Assembly (NCBI RefSeq): GCF_963921235.1
Contig: NC_086101.1
Coordinates: forward strand, 10,046,001-10,110,000
Reading direction: 5' to 3'
Length of the DNA: 64,000 nucleotides
Source: Mobula hypostoma
Lineage: Eukaryota
Part shown: piece by piece, positions 24,254-37,262 of the stretch
Layout of the letters: every line of letters starts with the position of its first letter
Position numbering within the stretch: the first letter of the stretch is position 1
The notes under the pieces: generated by a model
Told to the model about the DNA's origin: nothing
Database searches by the model: none
Seen by the model: the letters and a program-made list of their open reading frames with translations, nothing else
Position numbers and translations under genes: made by a program

Positions 24254-24664
24254 CTTATAGATTTCAACTGCTTCTTTAACCGGCATGAAGTTGTGGTACT
24301 TGTGTTCCCGCGCATCTCTACAGATCACACAGATTAATTTCTCGTCCGTCTCACAAAACAGCTTCAGTTCTTCCTGATGTTCCTCGCAGTGAAGTTTATT
24401 TTTCTTCTCTCTCGGATTCGGGTTTACTTTTCGAGTTTTCTCAGCCAGTCTTGCTAAGGCCTGATTGACCCTGAGGGTCCGGTCGATAAACTCCTCTCTG
24501 CATTCTGGCCAGGAGTTTCTCTCCTCCCTTTTCCAACACCTTCTGATACAGGAGCGGCAGAAGTTGTGTCCACAATCCAGTGACACCGGATCGGTGAAGA
24601 AATCCAGGCAGATGGAACAAATTGCCTCCTCGGTTAAACTCTCGACTTGGCCTTTCGAAGCCAT
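24254..24664 (-). CDS. TRIM copy 2 first coding exon: RING plus B-box2
   Basis: MASKGQVESLTEEAICSICLDFFTDPVSLDCGHNFCRSC...SWPEC...CEEHQEELKLFCETDEKLICVICRDAREHKYH; donor AAG|gtaaaa. Confidence 0.92.
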
Positions 24665-24899
24665 GTTAACTCCCAGCACTTCCTGACTCACGATCCTTTT
24701 ACTTTTGGGGATCTGCTGAACCCCTGCAGTACCGCAATTGTCCACTAGATGCGCTGCAGTCTCAGGGAATGAACTTTCTGTTGCTGCAAGTTTATTATTC
24801 CACCGCATACATGCACACAGTTGAACGAAACTACGTTCCTCAAAGATCAAGGAGCAAAACACAGTACATGCATCACATACGTCACATAAAATAATATTA

Positions 24900-26600
24900 A
24901 CACAATATTAACAGATAAAATATACAGTCTGTAGTTGAACAAGTTAACACAAAATGCATATATAACTATAGTGCTACTGGCGCCGTTTTAGATAATGTGT
25001 GCTGGGTGGCAGCAGGATGTGAGAAGTCCAACGACCTGAGGGAAGTTGCTGTACCCAGCCTAGCAGTCATTGTTCTTGTACTGTGGTGCATCATTATACC
25101 GTGCCTGATGGTAGGAGGTCTAATATATTGCAGGACGGATGGGAGGGCTCCTTGACAATGCTGGGGGCTCTGGCGGTGCACCGATTCTGATATATGCCTT
25201 GGATGAGACTGAGGAAGAAAGACTCTGATGATTCCCTCAGCTGTCCACACAATCAATTACAGGGTCCTGTGGTCCAATTCCTAACCGGTCAGTGATGTAG
25301 ATGGTCAAAACATTCTAGATGGCAATCCTGTATTATGTGGTTAGAACGGGGGTGAGGAGAACTCCTCAGGAACAGGAGGCACTGTTGTGCTTTCTTGACT
25401 AAAGAGGTGCTTTTGAGAGACCAGGTGAGATCATTCATGGTGTGTAATCCAAGAAACGTGGTGCTCCTGACCCTGTTCACGGAGGAGCCTCTGATATGCA
25501 GTAGGGAATGGTCAGTCTGCAATTTCCTGAAGTCCACAATCAGTATTGTCCACTCTGAGGCTCAAGAGAGACATGAAGTCACTGAAAATAAACGTCGAGA
25601 GGTGGGAGGACATCGCAAGCGATCGCTCTCCCTGGGGGCTGGAACTATGCAGAGGTCTAAAAAGAGGAGAAGAGAAGCTGAGGCTTGCTGCTGAAGAAAA
25701 GCGCACTCGTCAGAAAAACAGCACCAAGACAACACTGGAGGACAGCGTCTTCAAGTGCAGTCACTGCAGCCGAGACTGACACTCCCGTGTGGGCCTCTAC
25801 AGCCACAACAGACGCTGCTCTAACGCAGACTGAAGCAAGACTTTCCAGGCACAGATCCATGGTCTTGTGAGACTAACGGATGCCATCACGAGGCTCAAGT
25901 CATTGAGTTCACACCAGCCCACAAGATGCTATACCTCATCCCTCTATGTTGATTCATCATTGTTGCAGACTAGGCAACAGTGAACAAAGATATGGATAGA
26001 GCTAAATAACTTCCATGGATAGGGCAAAGTTCAATATTCAAAGTAAATTTATTATCAAAGTTCATACAAGTCACCATATACAATCCTGACAATTGCTTTC
26101 CTGTGGCACACTCAGTAAATCCAAGAACCATATTAGAATCAATGAAAGGCCACATCCAACAGGGTGAACAAACAAACAAGGTGCAAAAGACAACAAATTA
26201 TGCAAATGACAAGGAGAAAATAATAACTGCTCCTGGACCTGATAGTGTGAGCACTGAGAGTATTGGTTTTCCATACGAGGATGGGATGCAATCACTCACC
26301 TATTGAAGTTTGTCAACGTATTAAATGTCATGCTGATTCCTCTCAAACTCCTAAGGATGTAAAGGCATTGCCATGGTTTCTTCATAATTGCACTTATGCG
26401 TTGAGCCCAGGCCAGGTCCCCTGAAATGAGGTTCACTGAAGAATCACAGTACAGTCGTGCATCAGCACTGTCAACAGCAGCAGACTGAGAACCGGGGGTG
26501 GGGGAGGCACCAGTGCTCAGCATGATGAAGTTAGAGATGTTCCTGCCAACACGGTCTGTCTGGGGTTCCCCCGTCAAGAAGTCTATCAAAAAGAGAGAGG
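24900..26600 (-). mobile_element. Decayed Rex1/Babar-like LINE fragments
   Basis: FLGLHTMNDLTWS...KKAQQCLLFLR; YILRSLRGISMTFNTLTNF. Confidence 0.65.
25567..25889 (+). mobile_element. RTE-clade LINE 3' fragment with C-terminal CCHC/C2H2-like motif
   Basis: KRDMKSLKINVERWEDIASDRSPW...FKCSHCSRD*HSRVGLYSHNRRC. 10-bp TSD gaggctcaag (25557-25566 and 25890-25899). Confidence 0.75.
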
Positions 26601-28399
26601 GCACACAGTACTGGCTTCCCCAGTTACACCCGGCCTCACACTGACCATCAGGAGGCTTCCACAACAGTGGCTCGATCCATAGGGGGTGGGGGGTGTAGTG
26701 GGGTCAGTCTGCTGCTTAAATACAGTTCAGATCAGGAGAGCACAGATACAACTTCCCAGTCAGCAGTGGTGAGTTTCTTGAACAAGTCATCTTATTCAGA
26801 CCCTGTTACAGTAAACACAGGGTGGTAGTTCAACTGTCAGCATCATATAGTATCCTGTTACAATGATTAAGTACACCAGTGACTCACAACGATATCTTGC
26901 AGACAGCTTACAAAACTACTGGATACTCTCCCTTTCCTAGATAAACTTCTTCTGAACTGCATGTAATTTCTCTTTCAGTACCATCGGCTTCTGTTTTACC
27001 TGTCTCCCTGATGCTGCTATCAGTGGAAGTCTTGGGTCTTACATTGAGACGTTCAATCACCTCAGCAGATCGTGTCATTGGACTCACTTTTGCCTGTGGT
27101 TTGTTGATTATTATCCTCAGTGCTGAATGCAATTTACTATTTGTGTGATTTGATCGAGGCACTTCAGCGTAGGACTGGATCTGCGGCTGTGGCTGCCACC
27201 GTCGACACAGTGGTGGTTGCAGCCATCGGCTCCTAGACCGGCTTCACTCGCCTCGGCACCTTGTGTACGTGGACTCACTTTTGCGGATTCTGCAGTTTGT
27301 TAGTTAATGTTTTGAGTGTTACTTTTTCTCTTTTTGTTGTTTGCGTGATCTGCTCTTTTTCTCGCACATTTGATGGTCTTGTTGTGTGGGTTTTTTCTTT
27401 AACTGGGTTCTGTGGTGTTTCTTTGTTTTTGTGGCTGCCTGCAAGAAGACAAATCCCAAGGTTGGATACGGTATACACACTTTAATAATAAATGTGCTTT
27501 GAACTGTGAAAAGTGGATTTCACAATTTGACAATAATTCACCGCTAGCCTACATATCTCTGCCTTATTCAACCCTTGGATGAGCTCAGGGATGGATCAAC
27601 ACCTGGAATTATGACATTGTAGCTATTAGTGAGACTCGGTTGGAGGAGGGCAGGACTGGCAGCGCAGTATTCTGGGGTTTGGTTGTTTTAGATGTGACAC
27701 AGTGGGAGGAGCAGTGGCGTAACTAGTCAGGGAAAATGTTACAGCAGTGCTCAGTCAGGACAGACTGGTCAACTCACCTAGTGAGCCATTATATGGGACT
27801 GAGAAATAGAAACATAGAAAATAGGTGCAGGGGTAGGCCTTTCGACCAAATCATGCAAACAATAAATAGCGTTTAGTACAAAAGTGAGTCCATAGACACG
27901 ACTCCCAGAGCAGGCCGCAGCCTCGGGCTCAGTTCAGTGCAGAGGCAAAGAACTGGCCTCAGACATCGTGCCTGGAGCAGCTAGAGAAGGCCACAGCCCC
28001 AGGCTCAGTTTAGCTCAGAGCAGAGTAAGTGACATGGAGCAGTAAACAGAACTGGCCCTTGCCTTTAAAGTCCATCTGCCCGGTGTTAAAATTGAACAAA
28101 CATAGGTTCATTCCTTACACGAGGAACCGGTACTTGCCGCATCAGTACGCTCTGCGCTAGGACCCCACCACCACATTTCGGCCTTTACCAAACCTCTGGA
28201 AGAGGGGACTGAGTGTAGTGTATCACAGACAAAATGTTGGAGGAACTCAGCAGGACAGGCAGCATCTATGGAAAAAAAGGGACAGCCGACCTTTTAGGCC
28301 AGAATCTGTATTTTTTTCCCATAGATGCTGCCTGGCCTGCTGAGTTCCTCCAGCATTCTGTGTGTTGCTTGGATTTCTGGCATCTGCAGATCCTCTCCA

Positions 28400-29110
28400 G
28401 TGTAGTGTATCTAAGTTTGCTGATGACACTAAATTGAGTGGAAAAGCAGAGGATACGGAGAGCCTGCACAGAGATATAGATAGTTTAAGTGAGTGGGCAA
28501 GGGACTGGCAGATGGAGTACAATGTTGGTAAAAGTGAGGCCAATCACTTTGGAAGGAAAAATTAAAGACCAGGTTATTATTTTGATATTTGAGGAAGGAT
28601 ATACTGGCTTTGGAGGCGGTGCAGAGGATGTTCACCAGGGTGATTCTGGAGATGAGGAGGTTATACTATCAGGAGAGATTGAGTCGCCTGGGGCTGTACT
28701 CACTGGAACTCAGAAGGATGAGAGGAGATCTTATAGAAACATATAAAATTATGAAAGGGCTAGATAAAATAGAGACAGGAAAGTTGTTTTCACTGATAGG
28801 TGAGACTAGAACTAGGGGACATAGTCTCAGGTTTCAGGGAATAAATTTAGGACGGAGATGAGGAGGAACTGCTTTTCCCAGAGAGTAGTGAATCTGTGGA
28901 ATTCTCTGACCAGGGAAGCAGTGGAGGCTACCTCAGTAAATATATTTGAGATGAGGTTGGATAGATTTTTGCATAGTTGGGGAATTAAGGGTTATGGGGA
29001 AAAGGCAGGTAGGTGGAGATGAGTCCATGGCCAGATCAGCCACGATCTTATTGAATGGCAGAGCAGGCTCGACGGGCCAGATGGCCGACTCCTGCTCCAA
29101 TTTCATATGT
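28400..29110 (+). mobile_element. CR1 3' fragment
   Basis: SKFADDTKL; LYSLELRRMRGDLIETYKIM; CR1 3' UTR. Confidence 0.85.
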
Positions 29111-29119
29111 TCTGTCAGT

Positions 29120-29880
29120 CCCTGGAGTTGTGGAGATATTCTGGCCCCTCTACCGCACAACACCCCAGTGTGCTGGACATTTCCGCATCACCTGTCCTTT
29201 GTGGAATAGTTCTTCCAGGCAAACATCTTTAACCACATATCCATCAGGCAGTGTTTAGCGTAGGGTGTCCTGTAGGCACAATGGGATAGGGACCCTATAG
29301 TTATGGTGGGGCGCTTCCCTGAGCAGACTACCCAGAATCTGACATCTAATAGAATGCCTCAGCACCGGCAAGCACAAAGACATCACTTGGCTGGCAGTGA
29401 GACATCCCCTCACAATCAGATCATTCGCATGCAGACAAAACATCACTCCCAATGACACTGTGCTCAGGACAACTGTGGCATGGAAGAGACAGTCACCTAC
29501 CATTTTGGAGGTAGTGGATTTGCTAAGAGGGCGTGGAGACAGATGTAAAGGTCTATATCCCAGTTCATCCTGAGGATTTGTGTGATAGAGGGATCTGATC
29601 CAGGAACTTTCCCCAGGGACACACACACACAGAAGGATGTCAAGTGCTGCAGGAAGATATCAACTTCACAAAAGATGCTCTTAGCTCTATCCGAAGCCTG
29701 ATGGTCTGCCAGCACAGTGAAAGTGAGATGTCTGTAAGGCAATACTGCCAACTGGTACATTCCAGGCTGCTGGATCATTCCAGGCTGAGGGAAGTTTTAA
29801 GCTAATACAGAGGCTCTGTGGGGAAGGACCACAGTCAAGGCGTATTCCACTACCACGCATGGAGGAATTGAGTCAGGTGG
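29120..29880 (+). mobile_element. Decayed Tx1/L1-clade LINE 3' fragment
   Basis: LPHNTPVCWTFPHHLSFVE, KHKDITWLAVR, FPGTHTQKDV-like motifs across frameshifts. Confidence 0.55.
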
Positions 29881-29974
29881 AGAAGCCTGTCAAACATTGT
29901 CATTACCCACAGGGCAACGTGAGCGGCGATGGTTTAAATAGTGTTGAAACTACTGAATGTAATGACCATATGGA

Positions 29975-32050
29975 GCCATAGAGAAGTACAGCACAGGAAC
30001 AGGCCCTTTGGCCCATCTAGTCCCTGCTGAGACAACTTAAACTGCCTACTCCCATCCACCTGCACCAGCGCCATAGTCCTCCATACCCTTACCATCCATG
30101 TACCTATCCAAACTTCTCTTAAACGTTGAAATTGAGCTTACATGCACCACTTGTGCTGGCATACATTCACAGTCCTTTGACTGAAGAAGTTTTCCCTTGT
30201 AGTCCCCTTAAGCATTTCACCTTTCAGCTTTAACTCATGACTTCTGGTTGTAGCCCCACCCAACCTCAGTGGAGAAAGCCTGCTTGCATTTACCTTATCT
30301 ATACCTCTCTTGATTTGGTATGCCGCTATCAAGTCTCCTCACTGTGTTATACATTCTAAAGAACACAGAACAAACCTATTCAATCATTCCTTTTAACTCA
30401 GGTTGTCTAGAACCGGCAACATCCTTGTAAATTTTCTCTGTACTCTTTCAACTTTGTTTACATCTTTCCTGTAGGTAGGCGGCCAAATCAGCATACAATA
30501 TTCCGAATTAGGCCTCACCAGTGTACTGTTCAACTTCAACACAATGTCCCATCTCCTGTACTCAGACATTGATTTATGAAGGCCAATGTCACAAAAGCAT
30601 CCTGTGACACCACTTTCAATGAATTATGGATTTGGGTTCGCAGACCTTTTTGTTCTATCATTCTCCCTAGTGCCCCTCCGTTCACTGTGTAAGAACTACC
30701 CTAGTTGGTGCTACTGAAGTGCAAAACCTCACACCTCTCTGCAATAAATTCCATTAGTCATTTTTCAGTTCATTTTTCCAGCTGATGAAGATCCTTCTGC
30801 AAGCCGTGATAACCTTCCTCTCTGTAGAATACACCCACAATCGTGGTGCCTTCTGCAGATTTCCTGATCCAGTTAACTACATTATTGTCCAGATCATTGA
30901 TATGGATGACAAGCAACAATGGACCCAGCACCGGCCACTGGTCACTGGCCTCCGGTCAGAGAGGCAAACATCTACTACCACATCCCAGCTTCTCCCACAA
31001 AGTCAATGTCCAATCCATTTTATTACAGTACCTCATCCTGAATGCCAAGCAACTAAACCAGCTTGACCAGCCTCTACTGTGGGCCTTGTCAAATACCTCA
31101 CTAAAGTCCATGTAGACAACATCAACTGCCTTACCTTCTCCCACTTTCCTGGTAACTTCCTTCAAAACCTCTATAAGATTGGTTAGACATAACCTACCAT
31201 GCTGACTATCCTTCACCAGCCCATGTCTATGTAAATAGTTATGTATCCAGTCCCGTAGAGTACTTTCCAGTAAATTTCCTACAACTGATTTCAGACTCAC
31301 GGGCCTATAATTTTCTGGTTTATGCTTAGAGCTGTTTTTAAAACAGTGGAATAACATTGGCTATCCTCCAATCCTCTGGTACCTCTCCTCTCACCAAGGA
31401 TCATTTAAGTATCTCTTCTAGTGCCTTGGCAATTTCTGCACTTGCCTCTCATAGGGTCCTGGTGAACACCTTGTCAGGCCCTGGGGATTTATCCACCCCG
31501 TTTTGTCTCACAGTAACGAAAACCTCCTCCTCTGTAATCTGTACAGGGTCCATGAAGTTGATGCAGCTTTGCCTTCTTTCTATAGACTCTGTGTCCATCT
31601 CCTGTGTAAATACAGATGAAAAAAAAATTACGATCTCCGCATCTCAAAAATTCATTTTTGAAGGCCTCCCTCTTACCAAGTACACCTTTGCCAGGAAATA
31701 GCCTGACCAAATCCACACTTGCCAGATTATTTCTGATACCATTTAAACTGGCTTTTCTCCAATTTAGTATCTCAACCCGTGGACCAGACCTATCGTTTTG
31801 CATATTTACTTTGAAACTACTGGCACCGTGATCACCAGATGTAAAGTGTTGCCCGAAACAAACTTCTGTCACCTGCCCTGTCTCATTTCCTAATCGCAGA
31901 TCCAGTGTCCTATGCTCTCTGGTTGGGGCTTCTACGTGATAAAGGAAACTTACCTGAACACATTTGACAAGCTCTGTCCCTTCTAGTCCGTTTAAGGGAT
32001 GGGATTCATTCCCAGTCAATATGTGGAGAGTGAAATTCACCTACTATAAT
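29975..32050 (-). mobile_element. Decayed CR1 ORF2 and 3' UTR
   Basis: NYRPVSLKSVVG, DVVYMDFSEVFDK, LDLRLGNETGQV. Confidence 0.8.
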
Positions 32051-32194
32051 ATGACGTTTCTTGCACTAAGAACGTAAGACAATTTTGAACCATATGTTGT
32101 ATATATTTTTATTATGAATTTTTAAAATTTTTATAATACAAAGTGCAGCTCAGAAGCAGGCCCTACGGCTCACCAAGTCCTCACCAACCATTAC

Positions 32195-32488
32195 CTATCA
32201 CTCATCCTACACTGCAACTCGTTGGCCTCATCCGTCACGGCGGTTCTGGAGTGAAAGCGCGCCCTCCTCAACTCGGGCAGACTGCTGGAGAAAGTGCAGT
32301 TCCCCGAGTGGCCAGCAGGTGGGGGAATTGCTCCAGTTATTCGCTCTCACACTCTGCTTTCACCAGTCCGGATAGAATGTGCCAACAGATACCAAGTGTA
32401 CACTCGGTGCTCACCAGTGTCCAGCAGGAATTGTGGAGAATTACTAGTGTCCACACACCCTGAATCCTTATCCGGCATGGAGCTCTGA
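32195..32488 (-). pseudogene. Possible decayed Ig V-type exon
   Basis: Strong acceptor (cttttgtaccctgtgaccctttcag|) and donor |gtaatg. Across frameshifts: VILH, HRVYTWY, GALSLQN, VTDEAN and SCSV resemble Ig B, C, E and F strands. Confidence 0.3.
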
Positions 32489-33740
32489 CTGAAAGGGTCA
32501 CAGGGTACAAAAGTCCAGGAAAACGGTGCTTCAGAAGATCTCGAGGAAAGAGTCAATACAACTGATACAGACATGATAGACAGTCTCTTTATCCTCGCCG
32601 TGGGAATGTTTAATACTACAGGGAATAAATATAAGATGAGAGCAGAAGGTTTAAAGGAGGCAAGTTTAATTTTACACAGAAAATTCTGAGATCCTAAACG
32701 TGCTGCCAAGGGAGGTGGTGGAAACAGATAAAACAAAAATTAAGAGGCATTTAGATAGACACATGAACAGACAGGGAATGGAGGGTTGTCGACCGTGTAC
32801 AGGCAGATGGGATGAGATTGAATTGGCACGATGTTCAGCACAGACTTGTGGGCCGAATGGCCTGTTCCTGTGCTGTATTGTTCTATGTTCAGCAGCTGTG
32901 GACAAAGCTGTCAACAACAACTGGTATTTCGGTACAGTCGCTGTGTAAATGCAGTAAAGTGTCCCCGGCGCTTACACAGACGTGTTTCTCACTGGATACA
33001 AGAACAATGAATACAACAAACTCTGCAGACTGTTACATGCATTGGAGACAGTGGAGTGAATACAGTCAACACGGGGTAGAGGATGCTCTACACAGAGTGC
33101 ATTGGTTACCGTTCCCTTGTGTAACCCAACAGAATGAAGACCAAAAAATTAAAAGACACAAATGTAGATTTGTGTTTTAAGAATATAAAAAACAGGTGCA
33201 GACTGTAACCATTCATCCCCTTGTACCTGCCCTGCCCTTCCCTTCACTCAGAACATGGCTAATCTTTGACCACAGGGAAACTTTCCAGCGCCATCCCCAT
33301 TATTACTGAGCCATGAACATTCAGAAACCTTGTGGAGGGAATTCCAAAGTTTCACTGCAGTATGGGTGAGGAAATATCTCATCCCGGTCTTGCTAAGGAG
33401 ACCTGTTATTTTGAGTCTGTGACCTCTAGTTCCACACACCAGCCAGGTGAAACATCATTCCTGCCTCTGCTCTGTCAATACCCCGTGAGACTGTGTCTGT
33501 CTCAGTCAGACCACCTCTTATTCTTCTAACTTTGAGACAGGCCCAGCCAGTGTGATCTCTTTGAGGACAATACCTCACCCCCTACAGCAATCTGGGAAAC
33601 TTTCCCTTCATTCCCATTATCCAACAGACTGACTCTGGGAGGGAGACCAGACCTGTGCATAGATTCCACCAGGACCACAAAGAGATCTTTATTCCTGTAT
33701 TCACACCTCTCAGCATTGAAGTCTACAATTAGATGGCTGC

Positions 33741-33913
33741 AACACACATCAAAGTTGCTGGTGAACGCAGCAGGCCAGGCAGGTCTCGGCCTGAAACATC
33801 GAATGTACCTCTTCCTAGAGATGCTGCCTGGCCTGCTGCATTCACCAGCAACTTTGATGTGTGTTGCTTGAATTTCCAGCATCTGCAGATTTCCGGTTGT
33901 TTGCGTTTCTTAA
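33741..33913 (+). mobile_element. Short Penelope-like insertion with an inverted 5' terminal-repeat segment
   Basis: 14-bp TSD aattagatggctgc (33727-33740 and 33914-33927). Hammerhead CUGA half is deleted. Confidence 0.8.
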
Positions 33914-34596
33914 AATTAGATGGCTGCTTGATTTTGTTACTCAAAGTTTAATCTTCAGTAATGTGAGTCCAATGTAGATCTCAGACTGTGTACATGTAAA
34001 ACACACCCGTAACCCATTATTTCAATTGACAGGTTATGCTCCTTGTCAAAGGCATTTCCATATAAACAACATTTACCGCCCTTCCCTCAGGGATCCTCTG
34101 GATCATGTGAGTTCCCACACACAAAGTCATGCTGAATAGCCCTAATTAGATTGGAGACACATCTTTCATTGTGATCCTCTTCCCAGACAGCTCAGTTACT
34201 GAAAACAACATTCCTGCATCAGCCCTGTGATGTGCAGAAGTTGTTTGTATCTTCCACTTTGACAGTCATAGAGAAGTACAGCACAGAAACAGGCCCTTCA
34301 GCCCATCTAGTCCATGCTGAAGCTATTTGATCCACCTACTCCCATTGACCTGCACTGGGACCATCACCCTCCATATCCCTACTATTCATGTACCTATCAA
34401 AACTTCCCTTAAATGTTGAAATTGAGCTCGCATGCACCACTGGTTGTAATGTTTGATCATCAAACATTCCTTTAAAGTTTGCATTGTGAGACTTGATTGC
34501 TGACAGTCACAGAGAGAGAGGTACAAAGGCATGTATTGTGTGCACTCCCTTACCAAACTGTACTCCCCCCCCCGTCTCTCTCATGCACACAGACAG

Positions 34597-34600
<4 letters not shown>

Positions 34601-34658
<58 letters not shown>
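34601..34658. repeat. (AC)29 microsatellite
   Basis: Perfect dinucleotide run. Confidence 0.97.
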
Positions 34659-34660
<2 letters not shown>

Positions 34661-36274
34661 CAGGGCTGAGACACAGTAATTATTACCCACTGCCACCTCC
34701 TCACTTTGTTCTGGCCTGCCAACGACTTCACCTACTCTCAATCCATCTCTTTTTCAGGGTCTCCTCTACCCCTTAACCATGACACGGCAGCCCTCTGACC
34801 CTCTCTCCTCCAAAGCTTTCACTGCAAACTCCTTCATTTCTTTCACAGAACACTCCTTCCCACTCCGTCCTCTGAGCCTCAGTACTTACTCTCACTGCAG
34901 TGTCTCTCCTCACCTCAACGTAACCTCTCAGTCTTAATCCTTTCCACTACCGTGAACCCCACTCCTTTGCCAAAAGACGCCCATCAAAGAGTGAAGGGTC
35001 AAAGAACTTAACACATTCCTCCCATTGTCGATTTCTTTCTTCCCCTCTGACTCTCAGATTTCCAGTGTCTCTTTCTCTCCATCTGGGACTGTGGCACATG
35101 GGCTTATGATACTGCAGACATTACTGAAATCTGGTCGTTGGATGTACAGGACAGGCAGCTCCATGTTCTAGAGTACAGGTGGGACTGGCATGATAGAAGT
35201 GGAGGTAATAGAGGAGGAGGTGTCATGATGTTGATTAGGGGGAGCATCACTGCAGAAATTAGAGAGATATTCCTGGGGGAAAAGGCCAGTCAGATAGGTT
35301 ATAAGTAGGGAGTGCACACTTAACTGGTATTTACCATTGAACCCCAAAAGCCAGTGAGAATCAGAAGCATCAGTATGTAGGGAGATTGCAGATAACTGTT
35401 GGAATATTCGGGTTGTGTTAGAGAGTGACTTCATCTTCCCTAATATTGACTGGGACAGATATAATGCTGAGGGATTTGACAGGGTAGAATTTGTATCGTG
35501 TGTCTGAGAGCTTTCACAAGCAATGTGTAGACGCCCGACTAGAGAGGGGGGGTCACACTACACCTCCTCTCAGGATCTGAGGCTGGGCAAGTGTTTGACG
35601 TGTCAGTGGGGGAGCAAGTTGGGATCAGCGATCATTATTCTATTTGTTTTAGAATAGTTATGGAAATACATTGTGGATTCATTTTGAACTGGAGCAAGGT
35701 GAATGTTGATGGTATGCAACAGGAACTTGTCACATTAAGGCAGGTTGTACCATGCAAATCATTGAGCAATACGAAGGACAGACTGGTAAATTGAGAGGGT
35801 AATCAGGTGGGGACAAAGGAGACTGAATAGCTTGGGTAATAGGGAGAAGGGGGTCTCCTTAAGGATCAGTGTGATAATCACTATTGGAGTTCTGGCAGAT
35901 GGTAAGGTCAGACTCCTCGTCTGTATTTACTGTGGACAAGGGCATAGAAGCTGGGGGATTCAGGAAGGAGTATGGTAATGTCCTGAAGCATGACAAAAGA
36001 GGAGGTACTAACTTTATATCTTAAACCTGGACTTAAGTCTTGAACACATAAAGCTGTACAAATCCCTTCAGCATGACTTTGTCCACCCTCGGACCTTGTG
36101 AGAAAACAGGGATGAAATGGGTGGGGCACCAGATGAGACATTTAAAATATTAAACACAGAATAGTACAGCACAGCACAGGCTGTTCAGCATGGGATCCCG
36201 GGTGCACTGGTTAAATGGATAAAAACTTCGCCTGTGGTCAGAGACAGTGGTCGTAGTGAAGGATTTGTATTTCA

Positions 36275-37262
36275 GGCTACATCCACACTACGCTGGATAA
36301 TTTTGAAAATGCCAGTTTCGAATAAAAACGATAGGCGTCCACACTAAGCATTTTTCAAAATATCTCTGTCCACATTAGACGGATATTTGGGCGAATCTGC
36401 TCTACTGGGCATGCGCAGGACACAAAGAAAACAAGCAAAGAGGAAATGGTATACTTAGTGCACGTTTGTCCAGTTACAGAGTAGAAAAAAACTTAAAAGG
36501 AATTGCTCTTGGCTGTAGCGCAGGAGGACTTAAAACTAAAAAAAAAACAAATACTGGAGCGTATGGAGGCAACGGACAGGGAGTTCACGGACAGTACGAC
36601 CCGGCTGACGATGAACATTGAAAAACTGACTAACTCTGTTGTATTAATAAAGCACCTTGTTAAATGTATAAAACATGTCTGCATCAGCATTATCTTGTAT
36701 TTCCATACAACGTTACCTTAGGCTGTTACACATCTATTGTCAGAGAAGTACTTGCATAAATAGGTAAACCACCTTCATACAAGCAAGGACAGAAAACAGG
36801 GCAAAGTCAGTATACTTATTTATTCAGGAAGCTATGGGTCAACTGGCTTCAGTCTCATCCGTCTGTTCTGAAATTGTTAGGTGGTGGCGTTCAAGAAAAC
36901 AACGAACATCTGTCCCGGCTCGTCATGACAGAGTTTTTAAATAGTCAAAAAAACTCACTTTACAATTTAACTCTCACGCCGTTCACACCGACTGCGCGTT
37001 ATAACGGCTTGCACAGAACCAAGCAGACGCTGAACAAACATTGTTGTTGTGGTGTTGTCATGACAGCGTTTTAAAATCTCTCCGGTTACCCCGTACACAC
37101 TACGCTGGATATTAAGAGTTTTCAGATTTATTCACTCTGGAGAGTGCTTTCGAAAATCTCCGTTTTCGGGGGCTGAAAACGCCGGCTCAGTGTGGATGGG
37201 AGGGCAAAACGAAGAGAAAAAACTTCGTTTTTAAAATTATCCGGCGTAGTGTGGACGTAGCC
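36275..37262 (+). mobile_element. Non-autonomous PIF/Harbinger-like DNA transposon, copy B (inverted relative to copy A)
   Basis: GGCTAC...GTAGCC termini, 3-bp TSD TCA/TCA, highly similar to the reverse complement of 9734-10745. Confidence 0.82.

Larger units (their letters stand above)
13991..24664 (-). pseudogene. TRIM copy 2: six-exon RING/B-box2/coiled-coil/PRY-SPRY gene, disrupted (pseudogene or SPRY-less truncated form of about 313 aa)
   Basis: Exons 24664-24254, 24120-24025, 23613-23380, 22052-22030, 21934-21819 and 14412-13991 splice in phase. Last exon has a 7-nt and an approximately 101-nt deletion. Confidence 0.85.

Noticed and set aside
24665..24862. N-terminal 66 aa of the 209-aa ORF
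   Set aside because: Starts at a non-ATG codon; the family-like start is MASKGQ at 24664, so the upstream part is likely UTR or intron.
26979..27148. Plus-strand acceptor followed by a TM-like peptide VIGLTFACGLLIIILSAECNLLFV
   Set aside because: Opposite strand to the Ig-like exon and promoter, no partner exons found, and T-rich DNA gives hydrophobic peptides by chance.
34497..34776. ORFs with HT or CV repeats
   Set aside because: Translations of the (AC)n microsatellite.
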